Positions 1 through 12,700 of a stretch of DNA of 64,000 nt are shown here, one piece after another. This DNA is from Felis catus (taxonomy: Eukaryota), in assembly GCF_018350175.1 (NCBI RefSeq), contig NC_058383.1, positions 7,874,001 to 7,938,000 on the forward strand, given 5' to 3'. A program made the translations under genes and the position numbers. Position 1 is the first letter of the stretch; each line of letters begins with the position of its first letter. Below the pieces are notes generated by a model. That model was not told the DNA's origin and made no database searches. It worked only from the letters and a program-made list of their open reading frames with translations.

Positions 1-2199
1 CTCCTATGGGGGTCCCACTCCGGCCTCCTATGCTACAGCCAGCACCCCCGCCGGTCCTGCCTTCCCTGTGCAAGTGAAGGTGGCACAACCGGTGAGAGGC
101 TGTGGCCCCCCAAGGCGGGGGGCCTCTCAGGCCTCCGGGGCCCTCCCGGGCCCCCACTTTCCTCTCCCAGGCCGAGGTGAAGTGTGGGGGGCTGGCTATA
201 GGAGCCACCGTGAGCCAGGTCCAGGGGGTAAAGAGGAGGCCGCAGGAGGAGGACGAGGTGGCAGGTACGGACCCCAGGTAAGTCCCGGGTAACTGGGATT
301 TGGGGTCCTCACAGACAACTGGATACTGATTGGGTGGGTGGGAGTGGTGTCTAATGCCCTTGTTGTCAGAGGCCTGTCGGGTTGGTGCTCTGGGTGAGCA
401 CGCTGTGCTGGTCAGAAAATATAAGCGGGCAGGGCTAGGGCTGTTCACTGGCTCCTGGAGGTGTGCCCCTGGGCCCGGCGCTGAGACCTTCTCAGATGAG
501 ACTTCTGGGTGGAATTGCCTGGTCACCTTCAGGAAGTTTGACAGCACAGAGAGCTAGAGGTAGGGCTGAACCCCTGATTCCCTCCTCTCAGGTCCCCCTG
601 AGCCAGCCTCCTGAAGAGGAGCTTGAGAGGCTGACCAAGAAGCTGGTGCACGACATGAACCACCCTCCCACGGGGGAGTACTTTGGTGAGCTGACCCGAG
701 GTGGGAAGGGGGCTGGAGAGTCAGAGGGCCAGAGAATCTACCTTTCTCTTCTGTACTGACTCACCTTGTCCTTCCTTGTCCCCAGGGCGGTGTGGCGGCT
801 GTGGAGAAGATGTGGTTGGGGATGGGGCCGGGGTTGTGGCCCTGGACCGTGTCTTTCACGTCGGCTGCTTTGTGTGTTCTACGTGCCGGGCCCAGCTTCG
901 GGGCCAGCACTTCTATGCCGTGGAGAGAAGGGCATACTGTGAGAGCTGCTACGTGGTGAGTAGGTGGGCTGGGGGTGTCAACAGCAGGAGGCAGGAGGCT
1001 TCCATCTAAGGTGGGGACCATATGCCCGAGCCCCATAAAACGTACAGAGCTCAAAGGGGGGGGGCGCTAAACTGACACATAAGAAGGGAGGGATTATAAA
1101 AGTCGCTAAATACTGGCTGCTGGAGGGAAAGGACAATGGTCCCTTACAAATGCCAGACATTTATTTTAGAGTTAAGGGAATGTGTTAAATTCCCACACCG
1201 CCACCCCTGTGGAGCACCTATGACTACTGAAGGAAACTGAAGCTGAGACTAAGTCACTTATCTGGGAGGCTGCTGTGCTAGGACTTCTACGCAGATCTGT
1301 TCAAGGCCACTTTTCAATGAATCCCTTGCAGGGGGCTATGTAAACAGATGGGTGGGCCAGCGGGCCTCCCCAGCCCCAAACCTCCTACCCTCCTTCTTGT
1401 TAGGCCACCCTGGAGAAGTGCTCCACATGCTCCCAACCCATCCTGGACCGGATCCTACGGGCGATGGGGAAGGCCTACCACCCTAGCTGCTTTACCTGTG
1501 TGGTGTGCCACCGTGGCCTCGATGGTATCCCTTTCACGGTGGATGCCACCAGCCAGATCCACTGCATTGAGGACTTCCACAGGTCAGGCTGGGTCTCCCA
1601 CCTTTGTCTCAGATGTCTGACCTTCCCCATCTTCCCCATTTGTCCTTCATGCCCCAGCACTGGTCTCCCACCCCTGGCCTGGTCTCTTTCTTGTTAACAT
1701 CACTCTCTTTTCTAAGATCTAAGACCATACCCCTGGTCTCTCCCGTTCCCTCGTGTATCCTACCTTCTCTGGGCTCCATGGTTAGTCACCTCCAACCCTG
1801 GGGCTTGACAGCCTCCTTGGTTCCCTCCTGACCCAGGAAGTTTGCCCCACGATGCTCAGTATGTGGTGGGGCCATCATGCCTGAGCCAGGTCAGGAGGAG
1901 ACCGTACGAATCGTTGCTCTGGATCGCAGTTTTCACGTTGGCTGTTATAAGTGCGAGGTCAGGGGCCTGGGCAAGGGGAAGCGGGGGTTCTTGGAGTCTG
2001 GGGTGCTGGATATGGTAGAACCCAGGGATCCAGGCCTGATAGAAAGCTGTTGCTTCTGTCTCAACAGGAGTGTGGGCTGCTGCTCTCTTCCGAGGGTGAG
2101 TGTCAGGGCTGTTACCCGCTGGATGGGCACATCTTGTGCAAGGCTTGCAGTGCCTGGCGCATCCAGGAGCTCTCAGCCACTGTCACCACTGACTGCTGA
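1..2199 (+). CDS. TRIP6: Thyroid receptor-interacting protein 6 (zyxin family, 3 LIM domains); 3' part, 5' end outside window
   Basis: GT-AG exons <1-277, 592-685, 786-955, 1404-1582, 1837-1957, 2068-2199 splice in frame: [10 protein letters not shown]...[26 protein letters not shown], three LIM domains (CGGCGEDV...[10 protein letters not shown]; CSTCSQPI...[10 protein letters not shown]; CSVCGGAI...[10 protein letters not shown]) and C-terminal PDZ ligand TTDC-stop. Confidence 0.97.
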
Positions 2200-2979
2200 G
2201 TCTCCCCAGAAGCACCTGTTGCATTCTCCCACCCTCTCTGGCATCTACCCTTACAACTTTGTCACCAAATGCTGTCTCCTCTTCCTCCAATCATGAAATA
2301 ATAATCCCTCAAGAGTTTACAAAACCCACTGAAGCGCGTCGTCTCATCTGATTCTCACAGCAGCCTAACACACGCACAACTGTTGCACCTCCCTGCGTTT
2401 TTATAGAAGTGATCTCAGATGACATGATTCCCAAATGGCAGTACCAAGGTCAGAGCCTGGGTCTTCTTGGTCCTAGTCCTGGTTTTTGGCAACTACACTG
2501 TACACCCTCTCCCCGTGCTGGGAGTGAGCTGCGGCATGCTCCAGGGAGACAGCATCTCCTACTCTTAAGCCTCACACTCCACTCCCTGAACAAGGACTTG
2601 GGTGTTATCTCCCGGGTGGTGATGCATTTAATCTGGGGCAAGCCAGACTCCCCCTGTTGATCAAGACTTCAACCTATAGCCTATCCCAACCAAGCATTGG
2701 TTGGGGATAAGACAGATTTGCCGGTTTCGCTTACAAGACGGGGCGCCTCTGTTGAGATACAGCAGTCACAGGGCTTTGCATATGGTGCATACTGAGGCAG
2801 CAAAAAGCCTGGTTCTCTGCTGCAGCACAAAATGGTGGGAGATGCTTTAAAATGGTTGCTCCACCCCGCTAAACGCCTGCATTCCCCAACTCCCTGCCCT
2901 GCGCCAGGAGGAGAAAACCGCCCCGATGAGGTCAGGAGGCGCCCAAGCAGGGTGGCTGGGGGGACAACAACTGGACACG

Positions 2980-3490
2980 AACTGGTTGCGACCCCGGACA
3001 CATCCGAGTGACAACGACCTTCGACCTCAACGGGAGGACGCGCTCCTTCACGCCCATAAGGCTCTACAACCCGGCCGAGGTTTCGCTTGGTCCACCTCGG
3101 CTCCCGTAATTTCTCTCGTCCGCGCGCAGTTCTCGTTCCAGAGAGCACGCGAGACTTCCGGTCCCCGCCCCTTCCCATCATCCCGCGGTGCTCCCAGCCT
3201 CTCGCTGTGTGCTTTAAGTTCCAGTTCAGGCCGCGGGGGACTACTTTGTGGTTGGGGCCCCGTCCCGACGGTGACGCAGGCGCAGCGCGAGCGGCGCGCG
3301 CCGACCGCCCATCCCCGGCTGTCCCACTTTTCTTCTCCTCTCCTCGGCCTTCTCGCTGAGAGCCTCGCGTCTCCCTCTCACCGTCCGCGCCGCCCTCGTC
3401 GCGCGCCCGAGGCGAGAGGAGGGCCCAGCTCTCCCGGAAAACTAGCCCGCGGGAGCGCGAGACTAACGGCCGCGAAGCTCCCAGGTGGGG
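2980..3490 (+). promoter_or_regulatory. SRRT: CpG-island promoter and probable non-coding exon 1 of SRRT
   Basis: CpG-dense, TATA-less, ETS-like ACTTCCGG near 3154; donor CCAG|GTGGGG at 3484/3485 precedes the ATG-bearing exon (acceptor 3740/3741). TSS not determinable from sequence. Confidence 0.7.
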
Positions 3491-3758
3491 GAGGGGCGGG
3501 GCCTGGAGAGTCGGGGCTGCGGCGGGCGGGAGGGAGGGGGTTCGGGCGGGCGTGGGCAGGGAGTTCCTGGGGGCGAGTGTCGGAGCCGTCCACCTGCGCG
3601 GGAAGAGGGCTTGGGATGGCGGGGACAGTGGAAGGCTGGCCTTTGCGGAGGGAGGCGGGCGTGCTGCCCCGGAGCAGCTCTGGGTCCTTTCCTGCCCTGG
3701 TCATTGTTCCGCACCCTGACCACCTCTGTCCGGGCTCCAGGCCCCCTCACACCGCACC

Positions 3759-6700
3759 ATGGGGGACAGTGACGACGAGTACGACCGAAGGCGCAGGGAC
3801 AAGTTTAGAAGAGAGCGCAGCGACTATGACCGTTCTCGCGAAAGAGATGAAAGACGTCGAGGAGACGATTGGAATGACCGGTAAGACTTCCTTTTCTTAG
3901 TTTTCTCCCCCTATCTCATTCTTTTGCACTCCTCCCTCGTTGCATTGCCTTTATTCGTTATATAGGGCGAACCACATGAAGTCGCTTATGCTTGACCGTT
4001 TCCGGTCGGTCAACCTATTCGCTGTTTGCCAAAGAGCTAGCTAGCTATGGCTTGATTTTGAAACGTATATGAAGTCAAAGCAGTAGACCTAAGAGTTGGA
4101 GTATGAAGAAGTAATGTTTTTAAAATGCATGCATTTTCTTGTTTGTAAATTATTCCTCAGAGGTGTGGATTCAAAGGAAGTGACGCTTTCGAATTGACTT
4201 GACTTGGAGAGGTTGTCAGATCAGACCTGTTCCCTGGCAGAATATGGTTAAATATCTTGTAGTTGTCTTCCCTAAAATCAGAAAGAGTTCTTTGGACAGT
4301 GATGGTTAGGTTAGTTGGTTAGGTTTGACTTAGCTAGTCATTAGTTTTCTGGGATGTTCTGGAGTTAATTATCATTAAGGTGTTTCCACAGAGAGAGGTG
4401 ATTTCAAACAAACTAATGAAGTTAAGGGCAACCGCGCAAAATTTTGTAAATATAAAGGACACCACAAATCTAATCAGCAATATCAGTGCTGATGACGCTT
4501 GACTTGGAAACATTACCAGAAAAAAAGAAAAAAAAAAAAAAGCTTGAGGTGACTTACTGTAATAGTATTTAGTCATTCAGTGTCCTTTTGAAAAAACAGT
4601 TCGGGAAATCATTCAATTTGTATCTCTTCACTGGGGGGACTGTCGCTCTTTGTTTTCCCTGGTTTCTCTAAGAAAAAAGAAAATCAAAATTGTTCTGAAT
4701 TCTGAAGATAGGTAGGAAGTGTTTGTTGTAATTAAAGAGTTTATCGTCTGGAGCTTGGAGTGGGGGGCAAAATGGCCTTGGGTGTGCCCTGCAATTGAGT
4801 GTATATAAGAGATCATCCTAAAGATGGTTAAGTGTTGAAAGAACAGATCTTAGAACGGAGGGGAGAGTAGAGGTGGAGGTTATATGTCAGAGAGAGCTGC
4901 AGGAAAGTGGCCCTTAGCAAGACTTGGAAAGATGATTGGGAATTCCCCAGACACAGATTGAGTGAATAGTTTGGAGTTGGGGACATAACACTGTGTGCAG
5001 AAAAGAACCCATAGTCTAGTTTTTTTAGGGTAGTGGTTCTCAAAATGTGGTCCACAGACCCTCGGGATCTGTGGTGTTATAACTGTATTTTTCATAGTAA
5101 CTTGAAGGAGTATGGTCATTTTCTCTGTTGGTTCATAGTATTGGGGGGAAAACCATTGGTGTCTTAGTGCAAATAAAGGCAGTGGCACCAAACAGTTAAA
5201 AAAAAAAAAAACACAAACAAAACAGGTTCACTTAATGTCCTTGATGAAGTAGTAAAAATTTTAAATTCTGTTAAGTTGAATTTTTGTCTATGTGTCTCCG
5301 TAACACACACGATGAGTGAGAAATCTGCATGAAGCATTTATGCAGCGTATAGGAGTACAGTGGTTATCTCAAAGAAGAGCTGAGTTTGGAGTTGAACTAA
5401 CAGGTGTGTGGTTGCTTTGGTGAGATGTCGTTTTTACCTGAACGAAAGATTATTGGACAGTGGTTATTCCTGTTTGGGTATTTGAGACATTTTTTTTGAA
5501 AAAAGACTAAGGATCTATGTTACTTCAAGGAAAATTGTTAGCTTTGTTGCCAGTGAGGAAGTGGAACTTGGCAGTGAAAATTGAAATTTTAGAAAACTTT
5601 TATCTACCAGTGTGAGTTTGACAGCCTCCCATTACTTTAAGACTTTTCTGATGAGTTAGGTGGTAATACTAATAAATATAATGTTTTGATATCGTATGAT
5701 GAAATGTGCCAAGATCCATTCACAGAGCAAGATAGAACAATGGATTTAAATGTAGCAGAGTAGAAAATATTCCTTGTGGGACACCTGGGGGGCTCAGTAG
5801 TTAAATGTCCAAGTCTTTTTTTTTTTTTTTTTTTAACATTTGTTTTTGAGAGGGGGCGGGGGTAGAGAGTATGTGAGTGGAAGAGGGGCAGAGAGGGGGA
5901 CAGAAGATCCAAAGTGGGCTCTGTGCCGACAGCAGAGAGCCTGATGTGGGGCTTGAGCTCACAAACCACTCAAGAGAGATCATGACCTTGAGCCTAAGTG
6001 GGCTGCTTAACCGACTGGCTGTCCAAGTGCCTTAAACGTCCAACTCTGGTTTTCGGCTCAGGTCATGATCTCACAGTTTGTGATATTGAGCCCCTCCTCT
6101 GCCTCTGTGCTGACAGCATGGAGCCTGCTTGGGGTTCTCTTTCTCCCTTTCTCCCCCTCCCCTGCTCTTGCATGCACCTGCTCTCTTTCTCTCTCAAAAT
6201 AAGTAAATAAACATTTTTTAAAAAGGTGAGGGGGTGCTGCCTAGGTGGCTCATTCAGTTGAGCGTCCAACTTTGGCTCAGGTCATGATCTCATGGTTCGT
6301 GAGTTTGAATCCTGCGTCGGGCTCTGTGGTGACAGCTCAGAGCCTGGAGCCTGCTTTGGATTCTGTGCCTCCCTCTTTCTCTGCCTCTTCCCTGCTCATG
6401 CTCTGTGTCTCTTTGTGTCAAAAATAAATATAACCATTAAAAATAATAATAAATAAAGAAAAGAAACTATCTCTTGTCAAGTTTTCGGTAGTATCAAAGA
6501 ATATCCCTAGTTTTTTGAGAAGACTATTAAAAGGATTCCCTTTTCCATCTGCCTATCTGTGAGGCTAGATTTTCTTCATATTTTCAACCAAACAATGCAT
6601 TACAGTAGATTGAATGTAGAAGCAAATGTGAGAATCCAGCTGTCTGTATTAAGCCAGGCCTTGAAAAGATTTGTTAAATGTAAAAACAATGTCACTTTTC

Positions 6701-9700
6701 TCATTAAATGTTGTTTTGGAAAATAGCTGTATATTCATAAAAAGATGTAATTTATGTTGATATGTAACTTCACAATTAATAGGTGTTAATTTTTTGTTTT
6801 AGTTTATTAATTTTTTTTTTTTTTGAGAGCAAGTGCGAGCGAGCAGAGGAGGGGCAGAGGGAGAGGGAGACACAGAACCTGAAGCAGGCTCCAGGCTCTG
6901 AGCTGTCAGCATAGAGCCCGAAGTGGGGCTCGAACCCACGAACCGTGAGATCATGACCTGAGCCAAAGTCGGACGCTCAACCGACTGAGCCACCCAGGTG
7001 TCTCTTTGTTTTAATTTTGAGTATAGTATTGATGCCATCCACATAAGCAAAAACTCTTTGATGTGCACAATAGCGTTATTTATTTTTTAAATGTTTGTTT
7101 ACTTTTGAGGGAGAGAGTGTGTGAGCGGGGAAGGGGCAAAGAGAGGGAGACAGAGAATTCCAGTGAGGCTGTGCTGTCAGCGCAGAGCCTGATGCAGGGC
7201 TCAGACTCAGGAACCGTGAGATCATGACCTGAGCCGAAACCAAGAGTTGGATGCTTCAGGTGCCCCTGCACAGTAATTTTAAAGAGCGTAAGGTGGGGAT
7301 GGGGGACTCAAGACCAAAAGTTGGAAAACTGCTGGGTTAGAACAAAGGATTTTCTTTTTAAGGTTGGGATGGAGATGGCGGGTGACTAGTGGAGAGGCTG
7401 GAATGACAGACAGCAGGAGCCAAGGTTATGAAGAGTTTGTATACTGGCATTTAGCAAGGAAGGGCATGGCTTGGTCACCTCTGTGTTTGAGACAGATCGC
7501 TTTGACAGTAGAGGAGTGGGAGGGACCAGAGGTGGATACACTGATGTTGTGGTTACAGGAGAGAGGACCAGGGTCAGGGCACAGGGACTAGGGAAGTTGG
7601 CGGGCAGGGCAAGGAAGAGGAAAGCCTTGATAGGCACTGAGGCAGAGGATTAAGAAACCAGTAACAAATGAGGGGTGAGGGTGACACTTGATAAGTCGGA
7701 TACCTGGTGATGTGCTGATACACCCGAGAGTGGGAAACGGGACGAGGGAGGCAAGTTTGGGCTTGAAGTGTTAGAAATGACAGGCTCAGTTCTGACCTGA
7801 ATTTGAGTGGCAGTGGCCATAGTGGTGGGCGTTTGGTGCTGGTCTGGAGGAACAGTTGGGACAGCCATCAGTGTGCGGGTGACGGCTGAAGCGATGGCAG
7901 TAGGCAAGTTTGTTTCTGTTTAGAGAATGGTTTTGTAATTGTAGGCTTTTAGTCTGGTGTCTCAGGATAGGAAGGGCATGTCTAGGAGTGTAAGCCGGCT
8001 GTGTCCTCTGACCGTTACTTGTTCTTAATCGCCAGAGAGTGGGACCGTGGCCGGGAGCGTCGCAGTCGGGGTGAATATCGGGACTATGACCGGAATCGGC
8101 GAGAGCGCTTCTCTCCTCCCCGCCATGAACTCAGCCCCCCACAAAAGCGCATGAGGCGAGACTGGTGAGGTGGCAACGGTTTCTCTGCCTTCTCTCCTTA
8201 GCCTCAGTTCCACCGGGCCTTGGCTGTCTGTTGGCACTTTGGCTGAGGACTGTGTCATTTCCTTTCCTATAGGAAGTTGGAGGACTTCCTATAAACCCCC
8301 CTTTTTTTGTCCCTTTAAACCCTTGGGTGAGAGCCCACATTCCATATGCCCCTTCCTCTGTCCCGTCTTCCTTCGTGCTCTGGAGACATGATGCCCTTCT
8401 CTGTCTGACTTTTGTGTCCCCTACCCTCAGGGANNNNNNNNNNNNNNNNNNNNNNNNNNNNNNNNNNNNNNNNNNNNNNNNNNNNNNNNNNNNNNNNNNN
8501 NNNNNNNNNNNNNNNNNNNNNNNNNNNNNNNNNNNNNNNNNNNNNNNNNNNNNNNNNNNNNNNNNNNNNNNNCCAGGTAAAGACCTGGGGTTCTGGGGTT
8601 CCTGGGAAAAGGGAGTTGTTAGGTTCGGGGGATGGATTGGGGTTGCCAGAGACCGCAGCTGGAGCCAGGAAGTGGGTTAGGTACAGAGGGGTGCCTGTGG
8701 GGGCGGGAAGCAGTTGGTGCCTATGGTGTGTGTCCGTGGTGGGCAAAGGAAGGGGGCAGCTGGCTACCTCGGCCCCCCCATCCCCCCCACCCTCTTCCCC
8801 CACAACCAAGACTTCCTGACCGGGCCCCCCCCAGGCTGGGCAGCATCGCAGAGATTGACTTGGGTGTGCCACCACCGGTGATGAAGACTTTCAAGGAGTT
8901 TCTCCTGTCATTGGATGACTCTGTGGACGAGACTGAGGCTGTAAAGCGTTACAATGACTATAAGCTGGATTTTCGAAGGCAGCAGATGCAAGATTTCTTT
9001 TTGGCTCATAAAGATGAGGAGTGGTGAGTGCCCCCGTTTTCCTCCTGTCTGTTCCCTAGCATGTGTCCCCTGGCCCCGCCAGTGGAGCCTGCAGCCCTGT
9101 CCTCTCCCATTTTCCCCGATCCAGAACTTCCTGGGGGCGGGGGATGGGAAGGACAACAGCATTGGCTGATGGGTTCTCCTCCTCACTTCACCGTCTGCCA
9201 CGGCCTCCCGCCCCACCTCGCTTCCCCTCTGTCCTCAGTGAGTGGGACACCTCCAGGCAGCTGGCCAGAGCCACCTGTTCCCTTGGGGCAGCAGACAGAC
9301 TGCTTCCCACTTGCTGGTATTGGGTCATTGCCATCCCTGATCGCCGGGACCCTGTGTGGCTGTGGTGTTCTCCCAAAAGCAACGAGTGAATCCAGACAAG
9401 AAAAAGCAAAGATCTCAGGGTCGTTTGACAGAAAAGAATTTTGAATTTTTTTTCCTTTTGTNNNNNNNNNNNNNNNNNNNNNNNNNNNNNNNNNNNNNNN
9501 NNNNNNNNNNNNNNNNNNNNNNNNNNNNNNNNNNNNNNNNNNNNNNNNNNNNNNNNNNNNNNNNNNNNNNNNNNNNNNNNNNNNNNNNNNNNNNNNNNNN
9601 NNNNNNNNNNNNNNNNNNNNNNNNNNNNNNNNNNNNNNNNNNNNNNNNNCGCGCTGCCCCGGCCAGGCAGACAGGCAGGGCACCGCTGTGCACAATGCAG

Positions 9701-12700
9701 CGGTTTAGCTGAATGTGATTGCTCAGGCAGCTAGTCAGTCAGGGCCCCCACCGCGGAGCCCCGCGGGGGTGGGGCATCTGGGCCGGGACGCCCCAGCCAG
9801 GAGCCAGCCGGTGGCCCACCTGCCAGCATGGGCCCTGGGCGCGGCTAGTTAAATCTTGAGCTCTGTTTGACCAAGCGGCCAAGGTAAAGATCCTGGAGGT
9901 GACGCCTGCGGCTTTCCTTTCCTCTCACGCTCAACTTGTGGTTCTGTTTTGTCTGTCACTGTTCCCTCTTTCTTCTTTCTCTGTGTCCTGGTCTCATCCT
10001 CTCATGTACCTTTTGTTCTTTCTTTGTCTCTGTCCTTGCACCTCACCTAACATTTCTTTCCTCTGGTTTTTTCAGTTTCTCTGACCTTTAGTTGTTTTTC
10101 CCTTTGTTTTCGATTTCTGGGACTTTCTCACACTTTCCTTTTCTGTTTTTTCTCATACTCCTTTCTTCTGCGCCCCCCCCCCCCCCTATTATAAATGTTT
10201 CCTTTTCATGCTCCACCCTGATCCTCCGCCTGCCTCTCTCTCCCCCTGTGGGCAGTACCTGAGGTTACAAGGGCACTTCAGTTTCTCCCTTTGGTCTTTT
10301 CCTGTCCCTCCACCATCTCCTTTTCTTCCCAAGGGGGAGAAAGCTTTTCTGCCTTTTTTGGCTTTTCCTGTCTGGTGCATTTCAGGTTTCCCTCTGTCTT
10401 CCACCTAGGGATGGAGGGAGTTGGTGGGAGCAGTCCTTTTAATTACTCTAGTTTGGGTTTTACAAGGAGAGGGAGGTTCTTTGGGGCCTACTATTTCCTT
10501 AGCCTTCCTCTTGGAAGCTTTGGGAAACTACACTTTTTCAAGTTAGTGTTTCCCAGAGACTCAGGGCGATCATTCTGCCTCTCTAACCCTGGCCTCTCCC
10601 TGTAGTCGTTGCTCTTCCCAAATCCAGAGCTCTTAGTTCCTGGCTCTCCCCCAAATCTTCTCCGAGCAGACCTTCTGGTTCCTTTTGGGGGTATTGGGTG
10701 GTTCTAGTGCACCCCTCTCCCCAGTCTTTCTGCTTTCATGGTTTTATGTGGGTGTGAGAGGATGGGGGCTAAGCCCTGACCTTCCTGGGCCCCTCCCCAT
10801 GTCCTGGCCCTGGCATCCAGTGACTATTTTGTCTCTTCCCCTCCCCACTTCCTTTCCCAGGTTTCGGTCTAAGTACCACCCAGATGAGGTGGGGAAGCGT
10901 CGGCAGGAGGCCCGGGGGGCCCTGCAAAACAGACTGAGGGTATTCCTGTCCCTCATGGAGAGTGGCTGGTTTGATAATCTTCTCTTGGACATAGACAAAG
11001 CTGATGCCATCGTCAAGATGCTGGATGCAGGTGTGTAGATTGGGAGGGGAAGACGGTGTCTGGTAACCAAGATCTTGGCTGGGAAATAGAAGTCCATTGA
11101 CAAACCAGAGGCAGAAGGTCACAGCCCTGGGATTGTGACCTCTGCTCCCTTTGTTGGCAGCTGTGATTAAGATGGAAGGAGGGACGGAGAACGATCTGCG
11201 CATCCTGGAGCAGGAGGAGGAGGAGGAGCAGGCGGGAAAGCCTGGGGAGCCCAGCAAGAAAGAGGAAGGCCGGGCTGGACCAGGCCTGGGGGATGGAGAG
11301 CGCAAGGCCAATGATAAGGACGACAAGAAAGAAGACGGCAAACAGGTCTGCGGGCTGGGCTTGCTGGGTGCTGCCTGTGAGCACCTGGGGAGGAGAATAG
11401 AGCAGCTTCCGTGGCGGGGGTGGGGGGACCGGAAGGTTGTATCCTGGTCCAGGGAGAGGTGGAGGCAGACTTCTGGGCTCAGCTGTAGGGGAGGGGCGGG
11501 GCTCTGATACAGATTGAAGGGAAGATTGACATGCCTGTGATTGTCTTTTTACCTGCAGGCTGAAAATGACATTTCTAATGATGACAAAACTAAGAAATCT
11601 GAGGGTGATGGGGACAAGGAAGAGAAGAAAGACGACTCTGAGAAAGATGCCAAAAAGGTAGGGTAGGGGCACCTGGTGACTCAGTCTGTTGAATGTCCAG
11701 TTTTGGCTCAGGCCATGATCCTGTGGTTTGTGGGTTCGAGCTCGCATCAGGCTCGCTGGTGTCAGCACAGCCTGCTTTGGATCCTCTGTTCCCCTCTCTC
11801 TGCCCCTCCCCGCTTGCACTTTCTCTCTCTCTCAAAAATAAATCTTAAGGGCGCCTTCGTGGCTGAGTCAGTTAAGTGTCCAACTTCGGTTCGGGTCATG
11901 ATCTCACGGTTCACGAGTTCAAGCTCCACGTTGGGCTGTGTGCTGACAGCTGAGTCTGGAACCTGCTTCAGATTCTGTGTCTGTCTCTTTGCTGCCCCTC
12001 CCTGCTCGTGCTCCGTTTCTAAAAAAATAAAACATTAAAAAAAATAAATTTAAAAAAGTGTTAAAAAAAAACAAAAAACAAAAGTAGGGTGTTTCTTGCT
12101 CGGGGGTCAGTGTCAGGACTGGGGTCCTGGCTATCTGACTCCCCTTGTCTTGCTGTGCCTCTCACAGAGTAGCAAGAAGCGGAATAGGAAGCACAGCGGT
12201 GACGACAGCTTTGACGAAGGCAGCGTGTCCGAGTCGGAGTCCGAGTCCGAGAGTGGCCAAGCTGAGGAAGAGAAGGAAGAGGCTGGTAGGTTTTATTCTG
12301 TTTCTGTTCCATTCTCTTCCTACTGAATAGGGGTAGGGGAGGTGACGGTGGGTGAAATTGATAAAGGGGGGGGGGGCTTTGGGGAGATGATGTAGCAGGA
12401 GTTTGACAGCTTCTCTATCTTCCCTTTCAACATTGACAAATAAAAATTCACCAACTCCCACCACTTCCTGCATAGAAGAAGCACTCAAGGAAAAGGAGAA
12501 GCCCAAAGAAGAAGAAAGGGAGAAGCCTAAGGACACTCCGGGGCTGGAATGTAAACCCCGCCCCCTCCATAAGACTTGCTCCCTGTTCATGCGCAACATC
12601 GCACCCAACATCTCGAGGGCAGAGATCATTTCTGTGAGTGGGGAGAGCGCTACTGGGGGCAGGAATGGCATCCGGGCTCCATCTTTGGTGGTGGGAAGAA

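Noticed and set aside
2926-3900. 324-aa ORF over the SRRT promoter
   Set aside because: Stop-poor GC-rich CpG island; crosses the real ATG exon in the wrong frame; no recognisable domain.
3992-4013. TTGACCG/CGGTCAA hairpin in SRRT intron 2 as snoRNA or miRNA
   Set aside because: 7-bp stem only; no C/D or H/ACA boxes; too short for a pre-miRNA.
6245-6427. Recurrent [16 protein letters not shown]-type ORFs across the window
   Set aside because: Translations of CAN-SINE consensus, not a gene family.
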